Shown here one piece after another: positions 59,270-64,000 of a DNA stretch of 64,000 nt (its first letter is position 1; each line of letters opens with the position of its first letter). The notes below the pieces were generated by a model. It was not told where the DNA came from, did no database searches, and saw only the letters and a list, made by a program, of their open reading frames with translations. This stretch comes from the human T2T-CHM13v2.0 reference genome, Homo sapiens. The DNA is taken from assembly GCF_009914755.1 (NCBI RefSeq), contig NC_060930.1. One strand, given 5' to 3'. A program made the position numbers and the translations under genes.

Positions 59270-59870
59270 TTCCTTTAATCTTCTCTTTTCACTCACTTAC
59301 ATCCAACCCATGTACAAATCTGTTGACTGAACCATCAAAGAAAATCTCAGATTCTGACCATTCTTACCTCTACCACTGTGGTTCAAACCATCATTTTCTC
59401 TCACCTGGACTAATGCCAGAGCCTCCTGACTGGTCTCCCAGCTTCTCTTCTAGTTCTAATACAGTCTAATTCCACACAGAAGCCAGGATGATCCACCTTT
59501 TCAAAAGCCAATCAATTCATATCATTCCCTGCTCTCACCCTCACCGTGGCTTCCTATTACACTGACAATAAGATTCAAAATGTTCACTCTGGTCTTTAAA
59601 AACCTACCTCATCTGTCCCTGGCCCCCACTTGACATCACTGGCCCACCTCTAACAACCTGCCTTATTTTTCTCAGTAGCATTTATTACCACCTATCACAT
59701 CATAGTTTTATTTGTTTACTTTTTTAATTGGTTTTCTCTCTTCAAATGTAAGATCCACGAGGGCAGGAACAATGATGGTTACTGTCAGTGCAGCATCCCC
59801 AGCAACTACAAAAAATTATGGCTCAAAGCAGCTCCTCAATAAATATTTAATGCATGAATGGAGCAGGGGA
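59270..59870 (+). mobile_element. L2
   Basis: GCCTCCTGACTGGTCTCCC...CTCAATAAATATTTAATGCATGAATG. Confidence 0.75.
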
Positions 59871-62501
59871 CAGCTAGAAATTGGAGTAAAAATCTCACAT
59901 TGAACAACATCTAGGAATATTGTGTTGCAGTGTATATCCCTACTTCTAGACTCTTCCAGGGCAATGGTTGATGTTAAGAAGAATTTGCATGGTTTACGAG
60001 CAGGTGAGCAGGCTGGATAGAGGTGTCCAGAGAGTAGCTTAGATGGGGGCAGTGTTGCTTTATCACGAAGGCAGGTTCTCCTGGGTCAGGGGCAGGCAAC
60101 CCCAATAACTGCATCATGGGAGGGAAGTGAGTGTCCTGGAGACAGAGCAATTGAGGAGAGTCACTTGGTATAAATCACATTATTTCTGGGCATTTGGCTC
60201 TATGTGCCGAGAATAGAAATGGTAAAACTGATCTGCTTCTTTACATGCTGAGGCAAGCTATGAGCTGAATAAAGCCACTGCAAAGGATATACAGGAGTCA
60301 CTGCTGCTTAAGGAATTGACTTGAAACGGCTCTTGTTTCTACAATTAGAAAGTACTTTGAAATCAGCAGATGCTGCCTACCTTAATAGCTTGAGGAAGGA
60401 TCCTATTTCCCTCAGAGTAAAATACTACCTGGTAGTTTTTATGTAGCAAGCACTATTCTAATCCCCTTACACTGCTAGTGAACAGTAGAACTGGGAGTCA
60501 AACCCCAAAAGTCTGGCCTGGAGCCCACCCACTTAACCGTGCCCCAAACTGCCTCTCATGAGAGTGCTGACTAACTTGACCTTGGGCTAGTCATCCTGTC
60601 TGTGTTTCTGTCTCCTCTGGATGATAATAGTATCACCTTCTTGGGTTGTTGGGAGGCTTAACAAATTAACATATAAAGTGACAAAAAAGGGTATATATTC
60701 TAGCTATTATCATTATATCTATATGATCAATACCTTGCAGTGGCATTATTGGATAAAATGCAGAGGTCAAATAACTTTCCTAGAGTCACCAAGCTGGTAA
60801 ATGAGGCCAGGATTTCAACCCAGCCATGTTTAGCCCCAAAGTTCATGTTCTTACACCTTTGCTAGCTATTGTCAAGTATTGACAGAATCCTTCCAGCATT
60901 TGACACTTCACAACCAAGGCTTCCTGTTCCCTTTTAGGCAATTCTTTGTGATATCTGAGTTTTAATTCAGCATATAAAACCTGTTAATGATCTAGCATCC
61001 TAGTCAAAATGTTTCCAGCCTGGAATTAATCTTGTTATGATGGACTGCTGAAACCTATAAGGATAGCTAGTGTGGATGTTTTATTTAGATTCTAATCTAG
61101 ATTGTGTAGCAGGGATTTGAAGGAAGCCATGTCCTTGAAAATCTCTCACATACCAATGCTCCACACTCCAAGAAGTTTTATCTTCTAGCTGCAGCTCTCA
61201 CAAGATACACAGGTGAGAAATTTAATAGCTCCTCTAGTAAACAGCACACATCATCAAACTGGCAAAATAGGCCAGCTCACAGACAGGAAAATAAGTGATT
61301 CAATGGATCCCAGATAATAAATACCACTGGCAAGGATGGATGAACAAAACAAAATGCATCTGCATGCAGTCCTAGATGGTCCAGGAAGCTGATGGCACAG
61401 ACTGGTTTTGTTTATTTTTATGACCATGGTGTGGCAGTTGGGAAGCGAGGAAATTGAGAGGAAGGTGACATTTTTCTGTGGCTCCCAGCCCTCTAGAATT
61501 CCCTTTTGTGTCCCCAGGAACTCAGTGTAGTTTACTTAGAGTGTTCTTTGATCTTTACCTCTTCCCTCTGTTCAATGCTTGCCTCTAGAAAAGGTCAGAT
61601 ACCTTCCATTAAGATGTAAATCAAAGACACGCACCTTTAAAATAATGTAACCTGTCTAAGAATATAGTTTGATTTCAACAGCCACCCACTACCCCCACAA
61701 ACATAAGCCATGAACATAAGAGTATACATTAAGGTATTCCCCAGTGGGCTAAGGACATTCTAAGGAGGCCTCTCCTGGGATGTCTGAAATCATGATAATT
61801 AGTCAAGCACCTTCTCTGTTCACAGGAAAGGCTTAATCTGGTAATATCCAAAATATTGTTGTCTTAATCCAGTTGATCTACGATAATCAACATGTTCAAA
61901 TGAATTTACTCAGGATGCTACAAATTCACAGCTAATTAAGTAAGAAAATAAAAAGATGGATCAATAAGTGTAGCAAAGAGGAGGAAATGATGATTTGTAC
62001 CCAAATCTCTGAGAATGGTCCATTTCCCTCCATCCCACCCCGTCCTCCTTCCCCTCTGAGGACTGAGTTTTGGGGCCTGAGACCAGAGCAGGAAAGTTAT
62101 ATAATCAGAATCAGGAGGCTTCATCGGCCTCTCCCCTTGGCTGATGTACACGAGGTTCCATCACAGTCACTTCCAGGTCACCAGGAGCCTTGCTGGGCTC
62201 CTGTAAATGCCATTCCAGACCTGAACCTCTCCTCAAAATATTAGGTAAAAAGAATATTTTCAAAACTGACTGAAACATTCACTGTGCTCTAGAACTTTAT
62301 GGAACTCATCTAAGTAAAATTCCCCTGGGAGACCCAGGATCCAGGCCAGAAACAGGAAGTTGTCAGGGGAACATGAGGACACTGAGTACCCTGGAGGAAT
62401 CAGGGGAAAAAAAGGTCCTGTCACTGTAAAGGAAGAAGATACACAGATAAGGAGTCCAGGGAGGTCTCTGAAGACAAGAGTCAGCCATTTCTCATCTGAA
62501 A

Positions 62502-62975
62502 CTGTAACCCACACGATGGGCAGGTTGGATGGCCTGGTGGGTGGCAGTCCAATGACCACAGACAAGGAGGATTTAACAAGATGATTTTATTACTTGCCAA
62601 GTGAGGAGGACACCAGGCATAGCTCCCAGGGCAGTGCTTCCCCAAATAAAGGTGAAACAGGGCTTTTATTGGGTTAGTTAGCTGAGTCATTCCATGTAGA
62701 GGTGGAGTAAAGGCAGTGCAGGCGCAGCTGCCAATCATGTGTCACATGTGTAGAAAATGGCAAATAAGCTCCTCCCTGGGTGGGTTTTTAGTATGGTAAT
62801 GAGGGGAGTTTGCCAAAGTTCATCTCCAGCTCAGGCATCTCTGGATCCAACCAGTTTTTGTTTTTCTGGGCCTGAGCTTCTTCCTGGTAGTTTTTGAGAC
62901 AAGCACTCAAGGTACAACAATTGCAAATGGGTACTTTCTCATCGTGTACCTGAAAACCCAGGGACAATGGGTTTT
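62502..62975 (-). mobile_element. ERV solo LTR (LTR47-like, tentative)
   Basis: TGTAAC terminus, TTTATT (AATAAA on minus) and GCTTTTAT TATA-like motif in LTR order. Confidence 0.55.
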
Positions 62976-63836
62976 GCTTTTTGGGTGGGGGGGAGGAGAG
63001 AATTTGAAAGAACTTGAGATACCAGTATCTAGAGACAGTGCAGGTGCAGGTGGGAGCAACTGGAATCTGACAGATCCTGCACAGACAATCCTTAGTAAAT
63101 AAATTCCAAAAGTATCTTGATGAAAATTTTATCCCAGATAAGAAGAAATCTACTCTTTGTGTAAGATGGGGGTTAAGTTCTTGTACCCTGACTTAAGTTC
63201 AGCTTGGGGCTTGTTATGGTTACAAATGTCCCTATTTAACCTTGCAGTTAATACCGGAGAGTAGACGCTAGGATGAGATGTGAGGGTTATTCATTACTCC
63301 CACTGCTTCACTGATTAATACCTATTTCAACTCTTTTTAAAGAGGAAAAAGTATGGAAACTTGCCCAGGACAGTGTTTAATTTCCCAGGCGGCAGAGAAG
63401 GAAACACTGATTTATTTACAGAGAACAGCAGTTGCTTACATGCATTTGGAGCATGATAAATGGCAATTTTATAAACATAATTATGCATGCAAGAAGTATC
63501 TTACCATGTTATCAGGCTTTAAGACCTAAATTGCATGCATAAATGACATTTTAAAACCCATGGATTTTTCTTCTCATTACTAATATGGACTTTAATTCTG
63601 GGAGTCATAAGCCCTGGTTTACTTTCTCGGGTATGGCAGACATCTTTTGTTTGACATGGGATACAAACCAGAATATATTTTGTACAATTTTGAAGTACAG
63701 TTTTCCAGGAGTTAAGTTTCCTTTTAAATGTCAGTCACTTTAATCCTGCAATGTTATTAAAAGTCTCAAGTTTTCAGGATGCCTATGCATGATGTGGTCT
63801 GCACTTGCACACATGTACATGTGTATGGTGTGTTAT

Positions 63837-63841
<5 letters not shown>

Positions 63842-63884
<43 letters not shown>
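63842..63884. repeat. (TG)~21 microsatellite
   Basis: Direct read. Confidence 0.98.
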
Positions 63885-63887
<3 letters not shown>

Positions 63888-64000
63888 ATCCCTGACTCAT
63901 GGTTAGAAGAAACCCTAAACAGCACTTTCGGCAGAAGTTTTCAACTCTGACTATTTAGTAGAATCACCTGGGGAGCTGTGACGTGTCCTGACACTCAAAC

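Noticed and set aside
57061-62762. 17-bp exact match ATGTGTAGAAAATGGCA at 57061 and 62746
   Set aside because: Near chance expectation for this window size, with no collinear extension.

Overview
Human (L1HS Ta-1 present) repeat-rich genomic DNA lying inside RCAN2 (ZAKI-4/DSCR1L1, calcipressin-2), which runs on the minus strand. The only host coding sequence I can support is an 87-nt alternative first coding exon (32523-32609, [31 protein letters not shown] donor). The ORF track misses it. Its 5' UTR and promoter lie at about 32610-33000. The rest is intron filled with L1, L2, MIR, Alu, MaLR/ERVL LTRs, hAT fossils and microsatellites. The only long ORF (491 aa) is an L1 ORF2 reverse-transcriptase fragment in a 5'-truncated, 5'-inverted (twin-primed) L1HS Ta-1 inserted in an Alu tail, possibly polymorphic. 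I cannot support a new multi-gene system here. The best leads are: the Ta-1 insertion; a 34-bp templated insertion copied from 1 kb away; an ERRE plus perfect DR5 cluster made by an 11-bp duplication; an in-frame uORF one stop codon short of being an N-terminal extension of RCAN2; tandem RBFOX motifs downstream of the exon; and an Alu with a fold-back 5' end. Ancient-repeat boundaries are approximate and subfamily names come from recalled consensus sequences, not a search.
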